From contig JAYWIR010000015.1 of assembly GCA_036172245.1 (NCBI GenBank), positions 1,674,001 through 1,738,000 on the forward strand: a stretch of 64,000 bases of DNA, given 5' to 3'. The position numbers and the translations under genes were made by a program. The notes below the pieces were generated by a model. That model had not been told where the DNA came from. It saw only the letters and a program-made list of their open reading frames with translations, and ran no database searches. Shown here piece by piece: positions 1 to 12,538 of the stretch; the first letter of the stretch is position 1; each line of letters begins with the position of its first letter. This stretch comes from Raillietiella orientalis. Its lineage: Eukaryota.

Positions 1-669
1 TTCTAAAAAATACCTATTGACTGCGAATGATATGGGCCGCGCCTATAGAAGCTTGGCAGGCACCTATAGAAGGGCCGTAGATGGAGTATCGCTGGTCCAA
101 GGCATCAATGAAGGCAGAAATTATAATTCCTCGATGGAAATTTGGGAACATTTTGAGGGATATATCGGAAAATTCAAACTGACATTCAGTTTCCCTCATC
201 TTTGGATGATATGGTGTTAACAACTATCAAGACAATCTATAATCTCATAAATTTCGACAGCAACGATTTCTCTAAATAAAAAGCGGTCGCCGCTTCGTGT
301 TTCGAGTGATTTCATTTTCAATCAGCAATTATTAGCATTTCTTGGTTTCTGATTTACCCATTTCGTTGTGCTTTCACTCCAAATTATAAAGAACACAACG
401 AAAGATTGTAACTCCTATTCAGCTGTGGACTGCCTGAGACACACGTGAGCCATACAGAGAACTCATGAAGTATTTTCGTGTAGCCCTCTTCCAGAGTTTT
501 TTGAAATTCACTCGTCCTCAGACAAACAAGCGAACAATAACTTGCAATCTGGAAGGAAGGAAAATTCCTTTTAATTCATGCGTTGGGAATGAAGATTCCT
601 GATGGAGGTCCCACTCACGAGGAGACTGAATGCACAAGAGGGAAGGATAATCAATAAATAATTTTCACA

Positions 670-1418
670 GACTCGTGATCTCAATAGAGGGGAAAAAAGA
701 AATCGTTGATACGCTGGACATAATTTACGCCATAGCCGCCATTGGCCTTTTGGGATTTATAGTTTGAGCTCACCACACATTCACAGTAGGACTAGAATTT
801 GACACACGAGCCCGCTTCACTCCAGCTACAGTAATCGCTATCCCCTAAGGAATCAAAATCTTCAGATGAATGGGAACCCTATCCAGATCTCTATTTTCCC
901 ACATCATCATCCCCCTATTCTGAATCTTACGATTCCTCTTTCTATTCTCCATCGGAGGACTCACTGGAGTCACCCTAGCTAACTCATCCTTCACGATACA
1001 TACTACGTCGTAGTCCACTTCCATTACGTGCTATCTATGAGAGCCCTATCCACAATCATTGCCAGATCCATTCACTGATGCCCACTAATAACCGGACTAT
1101 GCCTCAATAACTCTTGACTCAATGTAGAATTCGTTTCAATATTTATTGGAGTGAACAGTAACACTCTTCCTACAACACTTCCTAGGACTAATGGGACTTC
1201 CTACGACACTACTCTGATTGCCCAGACATATATAGACTACGAAACATACTTTCATCCATGGGATGTCTCATTTCCACACTGTTTTTTCACATTCACCATC
1301 CTAGAAAGATTCATCAACAAACGATCAACCATCAATCACCTCGTATTGGCACACTCCCTAGAATGACTTCATAATTCACCCGCTGCAATCTGCTCATTCT
1401 CAGAACCACCATCCTCAT
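670..1418 (+). pseudogene. cox1: NUMT: degenerate 3' half of mitochondrial cox1
   Basis: In the invertebrate mitochondrial code it reads [91 protein letters not shown]. It contains stops, deletions and frameshifts. The start is approximate. Confidence 0.95.
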
Positions 1419-1476
1419 TCTGATATGGCAGAATTAATGCACTGAACTTTACAACTCCACATATAACATTTAGTAA
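1419..1476 (+). pseudogene. trnL2: NUMT: truncated mitochondrial tRNA-Leu(UUR)
   Basis: TCTGATATGGCAGAATTAATGCACTGAACTTTA matches the 5' half of arthropod trnL2. It sits between cox1 and cox2, and its 3' half is degraded. Confidence 0.75.
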
Positions 1477-1615
1477 CTCCTCCGCTCATATTCCAAAACT
1501 TTACTGCCCTCTTACAGAGCACCTCATCCTCCTTCACAACTGTATCATGACAATGCTGATTGTCGTCTGCCTAATATTCCTATGCAACACTTTCGCATAT
1601 CTCACAAACCTATTT
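1477..1615 (+). pseudogene. cox2: NUMT: N-terminal fragment of mitochondrial cox2
   Basis: LMFQN, a frameshift, then PLTEHLILLHNCIMTMLIVVCLMFL. This resembles the COX2 N-terminus LQNxxSPLMEQLxFFHD followed by helix 1. Confidence 0.75.
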
Positions 1616-1629
1616 CCTTCCCTCCATAG

Positions 1630-2186
1630 AGGGTACACCCTCTATGGCTAGGGAAGACGGGGGTCCGAAGGGGTGCATAAAATCGAGTACCTGCACTCCT
1701 GAGACGTCTCTCTGTGCGGGTGGTGCCTTCCCTGTCTCTCGCTCTCTTGCTAGACCCTTTGCTGGCTCAGCGCACTTTCTTATAGTCTCCGGAAGTATGG
1801 GCTCTCTTTCTTCCTGGAGCTCTACTTATATCAGGAGTGCTACTACGATGCCGCAAACGTGAAACAGCGTGGTGACGACGCCTGCCGTCGACAAATCTTT
1901 GGCAAGGGAAGGAACGTCCCCGGTCGCAGCACTCGATGATGATGTTGTTGCAATGGGGTCTCCCCCCTCCCCTCTCGCCCGCAACGCTCGCGGGCACTAC
2001 TGGACTATGTGCCTCCGAGCTGTGCCAGGTGCAAGGAAGTGGAATCCTTCCCGCGCCTGTTCGTGGACTGTGTTGCCCTCCGGGGCATTGGGGACGTTTT
2101 ACGAAGACCCTCCTGTTACCTGTTGCCAACCCGAGGGACGTGCTGGAGCCTGGGTTTGGTTGAACACCCCGAATGCCGACACCCCG
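1630..2186 (+). mobile_element. LINE (L1/Tx1-like) ORF2 3' remnant with zf-RVT zinc knuckle, first part
   Basis: MMLLQWGLP...CARCKEVESFPRLFVDCVALR fits Cx2C-x7-(H)-x4-C. It is frameshifted and paralogous to 5870-6010. Confidence 0.7.
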
Positions 2187-3035
2187 ATGATAAAAAATAA
2201 ATACATACGTTTATTATATACATTTTCATATAGATTATTATTGTATGCTATAAAGGTTGCCAAAATGAAATATATATGCTTATTATGTATATTAATATAT
2301 AGATTAACATACAAATCCATTCGAACACACATATTTTTAACATTAATATAATGTTACCATATATATTTATTAGTATTTATTAACATAAATACCATTGATA
2401 TAAATAATATGTGTATGAAAGGTTATAACAATACATGTATATATAGTAATTATATATGTGTGTATGCTCATAAATATATATGGAATGCATATATAAATAC
2501 CGAGTTATAAACATGTATACCGATCAAGCGATCAAAATCCCGAAAATGCAATTCATCCTTTACGGAGAAATTTACGGATTATTTGAAATGATAGGAAGAC
2601 AACATAAAAAGTCTCTTCTTATTTTTTTGATTTCTTTCCCGTTTTATTTTTCTCCACTATTCTGAACTGTTGCAATAATTTTTCATTTTTTAAAATTCGA
2701 TATTTACATATTCATTTAATATATATTTATCATAAATACAAATATAGATCACTACATGTAATAAACACACATATCTTTATAATCTCTAATATAATCATTA
2801 ACGATAAACAGTTTATAAATTACATTAATCACATGCATATTAAAAAACATGTATGTTTAAATAATGTCAGTACTGGCAATACACACGTTAATAAATATTA
2901 CTAAATATGTGTTAAACAATTGCATATTAATCTCTATATAAAAACATACATAATAAGCACATGTATTCATTTTTTATTATCTTTATTATATATATCAATC
3001 TATCTACATTTATTGATTTTTTATGATTTTTCGAG
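2187..3035. mobile_element. AT-rich fold-back/MITE-like insertion with degenerate long inverted arms
   Basis: An abrupt AT-rich block splits the LINE remnant. The stretch at ~2262-2340 (aaaatgaaatatatatgcttattatgtatattaatatatagattaa) matches the reverse complement of ~2895-2975 (aaaatgaatacatgtgcttattatgtatgtttttatatagagattaa). Confidence 0.6.
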
Positions 3036-3300
3036 ATTTCGGCGCTCGCGATTTTGGTCGACACCGCTGGAGCCTCAGCGCGCGGAGTGAATGGCGCCTG
3101 CCACAGCGATTGCAGCTCTCCGCCGTGTCCGGTGTGGTCGTACCACGAGCACCTCCGAAAAGGACAGGGCAACCGGGACACCATCCCCATCCTGACTTCC
3201 TGGAAAGGACGGTGGGATGACCGCGCCTAAGGTCTCACCGAAGGAGGATACTGCCGGCATCCTGCATCGTATGCAGAGGACGCCCTAGCCTCTCCCCCTC
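3036..3300 (+). mobile_element. LINE remnant, 3' continuation after the AT-rich insertion
   Basis: ggcatcctgcatcgtatgcagaggacgcccta (~3256-3287) matches ggcatccttacaacgatgcagaggacgcccta (~6233-6264) at the 3' end of the second copy. Confidence 0.6.
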
Positions 3301-3339
3301 AAACACATAAACATTTTCATTTACTTTTATGTGATTGTG

Positions 3340-4195
3340 TGTTTTTTTCTTGTTTTCTTCCCCACCTCAGCTTCCGCGTAGAGGACCTGCCTTTCCGGGC
3401 AGTCTCTTGGCTATCAGAAACTCTCCCAAGGCACCTTGGACCATAGGAGGACTTCAAATCCCGCCACTTTCGTACTCTTTCATGAATGTCTTTTGACGAA
3501 ATGCTTGTTGCAATGAGCCCGACAAGCCAGGATGGTTTGTCGGGTGCAAGCGAGGACGCCTTGCTGCTTGCAGTTCCGTCTGTATTTGTGAGGCGCAGCC
3601 CCGGCGGATGCCGAAGGCGGTATTCTCGGATTGAACACTCTGGTCCATTCCAGTGGCCAAGTTCCGTCATGACGAAGTTTCGGAGGAAGGTTCTACGCAC
3701 CTTTCCCCGAGTGCTGAAAGCTGTCATAGTACTCCTTCGCCTCCTGGTCCAGCCGCACCATCTTGGACCCTTTTTCTGTGAGCACAAGAGGTTTCCAGGA
3801 ACTCTGGTCGGCACTTCTGGATCGTTGGCCAACAAGTCTCTTGTGTGGGCTCTCACGCACGATTCGTCGGTCTCAGGCAGCTGCTGCCGCATCCACAGTC
3901 GCTCGCTGGCAGGTGGACGTTGTCAGGTGAGTCACATGAGAACTTCACCCCTGTCGTGCTGGCGCCGAGCTTCAAACATCTCGAGCCGAGGTTGAACCAT
4001 CGGCTCCTCCTGGACCCTCCGACGGCGGCGTTCGATCGGCGAACTTGCTGGAGTTACTCGGTGCGCGACTTGGTGAGGTCGACGCAGCTGGACCACCACC
4101 TGGGAACCAGTCATCCCAGTCGGAATTTCTGGTCGAACCGAAGGCTTTGCACCGCGCATCAGACATATCCGACTTCTTTACCCAGACCGACAAGC
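3340..4195 (-). mobile_element. GC-rich degenerate coding-like segment, possibly a retroelement gag remnant
   Basis: Broken ORFs between LINE remnants. EMFEARRQHDRGE weakly resembles the gag RxQxxGE motif. No decisive motif is present. Confidence 0.3.
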
Positions 4196-4209
4196 GATGG
4201 GGTGAAGTT

Positions 4210-5000
4210 ATTTACACAATCATGCACTCAACAGACACACGCACGGACAAAGTACTGAATCAGCATTGCGGCACGCGCAGGTACGACACTGCACTGTTCT
4301 GTCCTAACCGTTGAGGATTCTGAGGCAGTGCCGGAGAGTCCACGATGGAACTCTTCCTCACGCTCGGATGCTGATCTCCCTTTTCAGGACTCCTGCTAAG
4401 GTGTTCCGGAGATTGCACATGTGGCCTTGGGTGAGTTTCGTTCTTCTGATGAGGATGCTCCTCAGGAAGAAGGCCATGATCACCCAAACGGTAAGGTTGT
4501 AGCTGAGAACGCCATCTCCACCTTCGAAGAGTCCTCGTAGGACCTGAAGCGTCGACGTGTACTCCATCTCCACCGCCCGCTTCACCACTCTCCAATATCG
4601 GACGAGGGTTCGGCAGGTGTAGGTGTGCAGGTCGTCTTCGATTGACCCTCACCCTGGACACTGGTCGTCGGGATTCCCGATCCAGTGTCCAGGGTGCTGG
4701 AGCCTCGTGCCTCACAGGATGCCTCCATGGTAGAACATCAGGAGGCAATCCTGAACGTTCGGCGGCAGCGAGCATCTCCACAGCACCGTCCGATCTCCTG
4801 AAGGTCGAAGGCAACATTGCCCAGCCTGCTTCTAATCTTCATGGCTATGCACGGTGCGACGTCTTCTAGCATCCTCAAGTTGTTTATTGGGAGTTTACCC
4901 TGGACCACTGGGTGCCTTGGTCTTGCCAAAGCTCGTGCTTTGGCAAGACGTTCTGCCAGGAAACCTTGGTGCCTGTACTGTTATGAAGACTCGCAACATG
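4210..5000 (-). mobile_element. LINE (L1/Tx1-like) ORF2 C-terminal remnant, second family
   Basis: The minus frame reads LLMFYHGGIL*GTRLQHPGHWIGNPDDQCPG*GSIEDDLHTYTCRTLVRYWRVVK, a zf-RVT CCHC knuckle with the second Cys mutated to a stop. Confidence 0.75.
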
Positions 5001-5289
5001 CTCCGAATTCAGGGGGATCTCTTTAAGTAGCTGAAGAGAGAAAAAGTTCAAGGTGTACACTGCAGCTCTCATCAACGTGTTGCCCCCATTGGCGTTCTAA
5101 CGGGCCTCTGACAGGTTCAGGCCACAAACTGGGATCCCCCGCAGTAGGGCTGAGAGAATTTTTTTTTCGTTTTTTTTTTGATTCGCCAAGTGCTGAAGAA
5201 CCGTCCGCCTCCTAACGGGGGGCTCACGAAGCTCTCCTTTAACGCTGTCTACGCCACCAAGGGATGAGTGTTACTCCTCAAGTTAGGGG

Positions 5290-6300
5290 GTACCTCAGGA
5301 GAGGACCACCCTAGGAATCCAGGAAGGTTCGGGAAGAAGGGACCCGTTCTGCTCACGCCTGGGAGGGAACCTCGAGGAGAACCTCTTTTTTATTCTCTTT
5401 GGAGGGACCCCCTGGTTTGAAAGGCCATTCATTTCTTCTCCAAAGAGAATCCGGAATGGATCCACCCCTTGTTTTCCCTCTGAAGAGAACCCCGAAGGGA
5501 CGCTTCCCAATTTTTCTGAACGGCGCTCTTCTAAGGGAGCAGTGCGCTTCTTGACACTCTGGAGAGGCAATCCCCTGTATCAACCAGCTCCATGGTACGC
5601 GATGCAAGGCGTCTCCATTTTCACAACAGGAGGAGAAGCTCGAAGGACTCCTTGATGTTCTGGAAGGAACCTGGAAGGTCATCTTCCACAATCCCGGCCA
5701 GTCAACAGGAAGCATCAGGCTTCCGGACTCCACCAGTGCTGCACTCCGAGTTTCGACCTCGTGGACTTTTGCCCTGGGGCGTACTACTAGGTATTCCGGA
5801 GGAGGACCTGCCTCCTGGCCTCCGGTGCTCATGAACACCCGCACCCTCCCCTAAAAGTGGCAGGAGTCGGCACTGATGCTGCTGCAGTGGGACCTCCCGT
5901 CATCTGTGGACACGGGGAAGGAGATGGACCCGAACTATGCAAGATGCGGGGAGCAGGAATCCTTCCCACACCTCCTAGTGGACTGTGTTGCCCTCCGAAC
6001 TCTTTGGGGACATTTTCCGCTACTCTTTGAACCCTGGCGGCAACGTTCGAGACATTTTAAAGTGCCTCTTCCTGCGCGACGCCCGCATCCCTAGCAGCGC
6101 TTTGCCGCCCACGCAGCGGGATCGTGGCTGAATGAGGCAACGCCAGAGGAGGTCAGAACGACAATGACGCCATCTATTCTGAGGACAGCGTCAAGATGAC
6201 CCCATCTGGGAGTCTTGAAACAGAAACTTGATGGCATCCTTACAACGATGCAGAGGACGCCCTACAGCACACGGTGATCCCTTCCCGAACTCCCTCCCCC
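5290..6300 (+). mobile_element. LINE (L1/Tx1-like) 3' remnant
   Basis: MLLQWDLP...YARCGEQESFPHLLVDCVALRTLW is zf-RVT. It is homologous to 1936-2090 and 3170-3290, and its 5' part matches 8690-9230. Confidence 0.7.
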
Positions 6301-6619
6301 CCTTCCTCATTTTTCGATTGTATTTTTTTTTGGCTTATCCTTTCTTTTTGTTTGTCTCCCCTTCCCCTGTGCTGCCGAGGAGAACCCCTCTGGCCTGCGT
6401 GCCAGATCCCGGCAGGTTTCTTTTCGTATTCATAAGTAACATGGCAGGATCAAACGTCCTGCCACAGACACGTATGTTGGTTTCTCATGAATAAACTCCC
6501 CGACGTGACCGGGTGTCAACCAATGCCTCACATGAAGCCTATAGGCCAATGAGTGTCGTCCTGCGGGGAAGACTCGAAACTCGTGACACCCTCCCTGTTG
6601 GCGGCGGCGTCGATCCTTC

Positions 6620-6725
6620 CTTCCCCCTGTGGGATTCGAACTCGCAACGCTTGGTATTGCACACGGAGACCGCAGACGTATTGAGTGGCAGCTCCTGAGG
6701 CTAAGAGGCTAAGGCGCTCGCCTTG
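6620..6725 (-). mobile_element. possible tRNA-derived SINE head
   Basis: The minus strand has GCGAGTTCGAATCCCAC, a Pol III B-box. The A-box is weak and there is no complete cloverleaf. Confidence 0.35.
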
Positions 6726-8469
6726 CCGACCAGCGAGCAATCCTCTGACAACGCGGTTTCAGCTGGTGGTGTTCCATCGATTCCTGCTCTTCGGTGCTGC
6801 CTTCGTGCTCGACTTGGCCTGCCACCCTTAACGCAGTCCGAGGCGTGGCGAGAACCGCCACTTTATCTCCTGAGGGCGTTTCCGTTTCCGTTGCTCCAAG
6901 CCCCCCCCCCCCATCCTCGCGCTTGCTGGTCTTGCATGTTGCTCGCGGCGGTTGCAAATAGCAAATCCGGAATCTCGTACGAAATGTAAGAAGAAAGCAG
7001 TGCCAAATAAACGCACAGACAAACTCGGGGGCGAATCTGGAAGCAGCTGTGCAGCGGGAATTCGCGAAATTGAGATGGAGCTGCAGTTACTCTGCTCTGC
7101 CCTTCGGCACAACCAAAGAAACAGCTCCTTCCGGTTCTCAGCTCAGCTCCATCTGCTTTCAAAGCTGACGGTTCACTTCAGTTCGTCTTCTACCAACTGA
7201 ACTTTGCAGATTCCGCATTCCCTTAGGAAAAAAAATCCTTCTGTAAAGGTTCACGCCTTGAAATACATGCTCCTTGTTTGCAGCTGCGGAACGGCGGGAG
7301 CAGCTTCTCTCCAGAAGGGACCACTGTGAAATTTAAGAGGGGGGGGAGTAGGCTCATAGGCGGAACAGCCACCCAACCATCTCCACATTCCTGATCCTCT
7401 GCTGGCATAAACAAGCCTGGGCAAGGGAAACAAATACGAAAATCTCCTGGAGATGCCACCTCCAATCAGCCATCGTGATAAACATTCAACTAACAACTAT
7501 TACTATTTTATATCATTCCGTTTGTTCGTGTTTTATTACCGGAAAACAGCGAGTGGTGCCACAAGCAGAGGCAATCATTTTAAATAAATACAGCGACCAG
7601 GTTTCACAGAAGATGGACATCACTGTCAACGCACAATAAGGCACGTTGCGAAGAATTCCGGTGACCGATACACGCCAAAAGAAGCTAAAATGACCGTAGT
7701 CACTCCAGTCCTGCAGACAGTCTGAAAGCCACGAAAAATCAGTTCGTGAGAACTCACTGGCCTACGAAGTGGCAAGAATTTCCAGTTGCTCCAGTTGAGA
7801 TCTTTCTCGCTGATTCCTAACGATGCTCAGGAACAGTGTCGTTCCAAGACAAAAAAGAAAACAAGGGAAGCAAAATTTGAACGGGAGGTGAAAGTGGCAG
7901 GTGGAATATACAAATCGGAATCAACGGGCCGTGCTAAGAGTCCTGCAGCAGCCCGCAAGGTCGCAAGAAAATCATTCATTCCACTGTCACTTTAATCAAT
8001 TAATGTGCTTATTACGAGTTTGTCTTCGTGATGCACATTCCTTCCGCCACACCTCTCTGTCCAAGATAAGAAAGCGATATTTTTCTTTTTCTTTTTTTTT
8101 TATCTTCATCAAGTGCTTTTTGCAGCTGTATAAAAAAGGTGCACTTTTTTGTCCAGTTGCAAATTACGTATTTACTCTACTTGAGGAAGCAAATTGCGAA
8201 CAACGCATTTTAATAAATCTGGAAACTTGATCCAACTCAGAAAAAACTGATCACAGAGATCTCCTTTAGAGTTCTGGTCTTTCGGCTTTCTCTCCCTAAT
8301 TGGGTTGTTCGACGTTCCATGCAAACAATCTTGTTTCACAGGAAAGAAATCATTTTCCTATCTCTTTAACGTATTTCCCTTTGAGCTCATCTCCAGCACT
8401 AGCAACTCCGGGTAAGACGACTAAACCTAACACTTGTAAAAGACGAAAAAAAAACTGGCATTTGAAACT

Positions 8470-8590
8470 GTGACCTGCCCATGCACTTCTCGAATGGTCT
8501 GCGGCCCGCTTGAACAGAGTGTGTGGCCCTCCCACATTTCTGGATCGGCCACGTGAGCTGCTGGGACAAAAAGGCAGCCCGCCGCTGGTC
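8470..8590 (-). repeat. copy A of a diverged inverted repeat pair (partner at 9915-10010)
   Basis: ctgcctttttgtcccagcagctcacgtggccgatccagaaatgtgggagggccacacactctgttcaag (-) matches ctgcccttttgtctcagccgctcacgctcccggtccaggaacgtgggagggacgcgcactccgttcaag (+). Confidence 0.75.
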
Positions 8591-8689
8591 TAGATGTCAG
8601 GCGCCTGTTGAATTGTGCATGGGTAAAGGGGAAAAAAAAAATGCTTGAGATGGATGCAATGCAAACAGCAGCTACCCGCGGAGGGTGCA

Positions 8690-9230
8690 TGTTATTCTTC
8701 AAGATAGGGGGGGCACCCCGGAAGGGAATCCGCCCTATGAATCCAGGAAGGCTCGGAGTCCGTTCCTCTCACGTTTGGGGAGGGGGATCGCACCCTGGTT
8801 GTCTCCGAAGGGGAACCCAGAAGGGAATCTCCTTCCTCATTCTCTCCGGAGGGACCCCTCCGGAAAGGGGGGCGGTCCTCTCCATTTCATCTTCTCCGGA
8901 GGGAACCCCCAAGGGACGCTTCCGAAATTCAGAAGGGGCGCTGCAGTTTCTCGCAGGGGGATCTTTCTCGCTTGCTTCCTTGTGCACTCTGTGAAGAGGC
9001 GACGACTCGGAGGGTCCCCCCCCGCAGAAGGGGGGTCCGCTTCTTTAAACAACTGGAGAGGTGCCTGTGAGTGCTCCTGTGCCATCGTGTAACCGGAGGG
9101 GTCCCCCCGGTGTAGGGGGTTTGCTCTCCGTTGCACGACCGGAGGGGGAACTCCCCACTCCTTGATTCCTGGAAGGACCCGAAGGTCGACTCCCATTGTT
9201 CCGGCCTTCATCGGGAGCCTCCGGTTTTAA
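8690..9230 (+). mobile_element. LINE fragment paralogous to 5290-5740
   Basis: Shared colinear blocks include gaatccaggaagg, ctggagagg and actccttga..ctggaagga..gaaggtc. Confidence 0.65.
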
Positions 9231-9914
9231 GCGCTACCGGTGCCACGCCCGAATGTCTCGGCCAATCAGCGCCATTGCAGGAGAAACTCGGAACCCAACG
9301 ACTCAGTGACGTCAGTTTCTGCCGAACCCGCGACGTATGGTGCCACGCGCGGAAGCCTCAACCACAAAGCCTCCGACGCGGGCAGCTACCAAGGAGTTTA
9401 GTTCGGAAGGACTCTAACTAGGATTTGAGCCATCATCTGAATTTACTGTTTGAATTCCATTAATTGCACATGTTTTCGGTTAGAACCCGAAAGAACATTC
9501 TGCAAGATACCTTCCGGTTCCTTTTTCGAACATGTGCAAGAGACTCTTTAAACCCTCAAAACACATTACCGCCCTTTTCATCTGATAAGGGTGGAATTTG
9601 CTATTGGTGATTTTTTTTTTCCTCCTTTTTATATGGTCACCCGAGGCACGCCAAGCACGAAACTTCCAAGGAAATTGTGATTACCTATGGTTTCCATTGT
9701 TGTTAAACTTTTCCACTTTGGTTCAACAGCTGAGGTTGGAAAAAGGAAAAAAAACTGAATTAAGATTGGCATGTGCACTGTGATGCTTTTGCAAATAAAG
9801 ATGGAAACTCATCCGGAACTTTCCGCCACGAAGGCAGCTCGTCCGATTTTCATTTGAAACAGAACCCCCCGTGTTTCGTTCGAGAGACGGGTGCGTGCTG
9901 CGTTTCTCTTCCGT

Positions 9915-10010
9915 GTCGTCAACTGCCCTTTTGTCTCAGCCGCTCACGCTCCCGGTCCAGGAACGTGGGAGGGACGCGCACTCCGTTCAAGAAAGGTGCG
10001 GCAGGCCGCA
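9915..10010 (+). repeat. copy B of the inverted repeat pair (partner at 8470-8590)
   Basis: See copy A. It translates SRNVGGTRTPFKK, against SRNVGGPHTLFKR in copy A. Confidence 0.75.
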
Positions 10011-10311
10011 TTCGGATGGCAGCCTCCCAGTTTCCAACGTGTTTCCGTGGCAGCTCCTTTCTCATCGTTCTTCGCTGATGCAATCAAGGATGCCCGTTCC
10101 TCGGACACAGACGAAGTCTTGTTCGTTTGTTTCTTCGTGAGTGCAGCCGACTCTGAAAGATGACGATTGCCTTTCATGTTGCTAATTGACGTATGCCTGC
10201 ATTGGAATTTTCCCTCTACAAGGAAGAATCAAATTCTTTCTCCCCCCCCCCCCCTCTCTCTCTCTTCGTCTTGCACGATTGAAACAAGGCAGGAAGGCTT
10301 TTTTTCTTTCA

Positions 10312-11615
10312 AAACCTTCATCACTTATTCGAAGGGAAAATAATAATAATTATAAGTTGGTTTAGCTGTGCTTTGGGGTGCTTCTGTGAAATCGCTCTTG
10401 GTTCTCTTTTTTTTTTCCATCTTGGTGTTTCCATTGGAGGTTTCTTGCAACCTTGTTTTCAATGCAGTCTTGCACGATTCGAGCAAGGCAGAAGGTCCCT
10501 GACTATTTCCTTTTTTTTTCTTTTCCATTTTTAGTTTTATAACGGAGGTATAAACAAATACTGCAATGCTGTTCTAAAGCAACAGTTCCTTATAATGACA
10601 TCCATAATGAGAACTTGAATTTCTAAATCTCACATTACAAAGATGGCATTTTTTTTTTGTGTGTCCGCAAAAAGAGCAATTTCATTTTTTGAAGGGCCGC
10701 ATGTTTGTTGGTAGGGAAACCTGACCGGGAAAAAGGGCAAATTTTCCAGTGGAAAGGAAAAGATTCCAATCGATCACTCAACTATCTGAAATCAATCAAC
10801 AGGATCATGTTGTAATATTCTAAAGTTTTTTTTTTTTTCCCCTTCCTTCCCTCCCTGGGAGCTTGGAACATTCCAGATTTTTTTAGGGTTACCAACGCCA
10901 CCGAGAGAATTCGGATACATTGCGTGGATGATGTGAAGTTTCGGAACGGACATGCTCGAGCTGGCCAAGCATCTTCACTTCTCGAAAAGCTGCCAGCTTC
11001 GGACGGCTGAAGATCTGTGGTGCTATCCGAAGCGCAGTTGGCTCTGTTCCTCCATACTTGCATTCTTCAGCACTCTGTGAAAACTCAGTTACGTAAAGCC
11101 ATTCTCATTTCTGCTCGCGATCAATAACGGATCTGGCGATCATCGGGTTTGATCTTCTACGGTTCGGATGCATTTGGGCATTGCTGTGGTAAAAAGCGAC
11201 ATTCTCTTTTCCCTCTTTCATGGCAACCGAAGCGTTTTGGTGTCGGTGTGCGGCTTCACGGTCGAAGATGCAATTCTAGAAGCTCATGCATCAAACAACA
11301 TAATTTGTTTTTGTTTTTTTTCACAAACCTTCATCACTTATTCAAAGGAAAAAAATAATAATTATGATAAGTTGCTTTAGCTGTGATATACGAGAATATT
11401 GTACGAAAACGTGGTTATATATATATGTATGTATGTGTATTTTTTTTTTTGGGGGGGGGAGGGGGAAAGAAAAATGCTCGGGTGCTTCTGTGAAACTGTC
11501 AATAACCAATCTGCCTGATAATTTGTTTCTGCTTCCTTCTGTTCTCGGTTCTCTTTTTTTCCAGTTTGGTGTTCTCAGTGGAGATTTCCTGCAGCCTTAT
11601 TGGCAGTGCAATCTC
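10312..11615 (+). repeat. diverged direct duplication (10312-10470 vs 11325-11615)
   Basis: aaaccttcatcacttattc, ataagttg.tttagctgtg, gggtgcttctgtgaaa and ggttctctttttt occur in the same order in both. The second copy has insertions. Confidence 0.75.
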
Positions 11616-12538
11616 AGCCCTTGCTTATGTACCAATTTGGTTTCGCTGACAGTGAAATCAGCCGATCGATTCCCACTCTTAATGAGACGTGCCATTTGAT
11701 AGCCAACTTTGCCCTGTCGTTTAACCTATGATTTCGGAACGTCCCCCATCTCAAGTGGGTCCCTTCTCAACAGTTTAGGTTAGCAAACAAAAGGTGGTCG
11801 CGGTTATTTGATTGTACTTTGGTTGTATCTTTAGAAATCTGCATTTGTACATTTCATGAAGAATGAGTCATGTATGGAATCCATTCATGGAAAACCCCAA
11901 TTTTTTTCCCTCACTGGAATGCTTGTTGGTCAGCACATTGAAGCGCGTGCGTTTTTCAGGCCATCTGAAAGATACTATCGGAAGAGAATTCCTGAAATTG
12001 GTAAAGTGAATTTCGAGAAAATGCGTGGAGAACGTGGTGTGGGAGGGGGGGAGGAACAATTATCAGGAGAAACGAAAATCTTCAAAGCTGAATTTCTTTA
12101 GGTCAGCGGGTTATAAAAAGTGGCCTCGCACTCAAATCAAACTGGTTTCGCGACTAGTCTCATTTTTATTTCCTCTGCTTTACAAATTTTTCCAGCAACT
12201 TTTCGCATTACAGGAAACGCACATGAAACGAAAATCGTAGAGGGGGAAAGTACGGATGATAAGAAATCCGGTAATCATGTAAAAAAAACAATAGATGATG
12301 TATAATAAAAGATCACACTCTGAAGCTGCCATAATGAAGCAAAAAAGTTGTCTGTTACTCTCAAAACAGGGAGATACTCAAACTGCATTCTTTTCGCATT
12401 TTGCCCACTGGTACATCGTTTCGTGTACGACAACCCATCCAGAAAATTAAAAAAAATCCCGCCGAAGCGGGAAAAAAGTTGGAAACTTATGCGTGATTGA
12501 AAAAATTCTCTCTTCCTCGAGGAACTCGAACAGGACCA

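Noticed and set aside
14..223. TPYHPK motif reminiscent of a gypsy integrase
   Set aside because: The following NGxxER motif and the DDE context are absent.
1151..1366. 71-aa ORF inside the NUMT
   Set aside because: It is a frameshifted read-through of decayed cox1 in the standard code.
10880..11060. Minus-frame AAFREVKMLGQLEH resembling a kinase alphaC helix
   Set aside because: No other kinase subdomains or compatible exons were found nearby.
12449..12477. Hairpin plus T-run as a bacterial rho-independent terminator
   Set aside because: The context is a spliced eukaryotic gene with no bacterial-type genes. It is kept only as a low-interest RNA structure.
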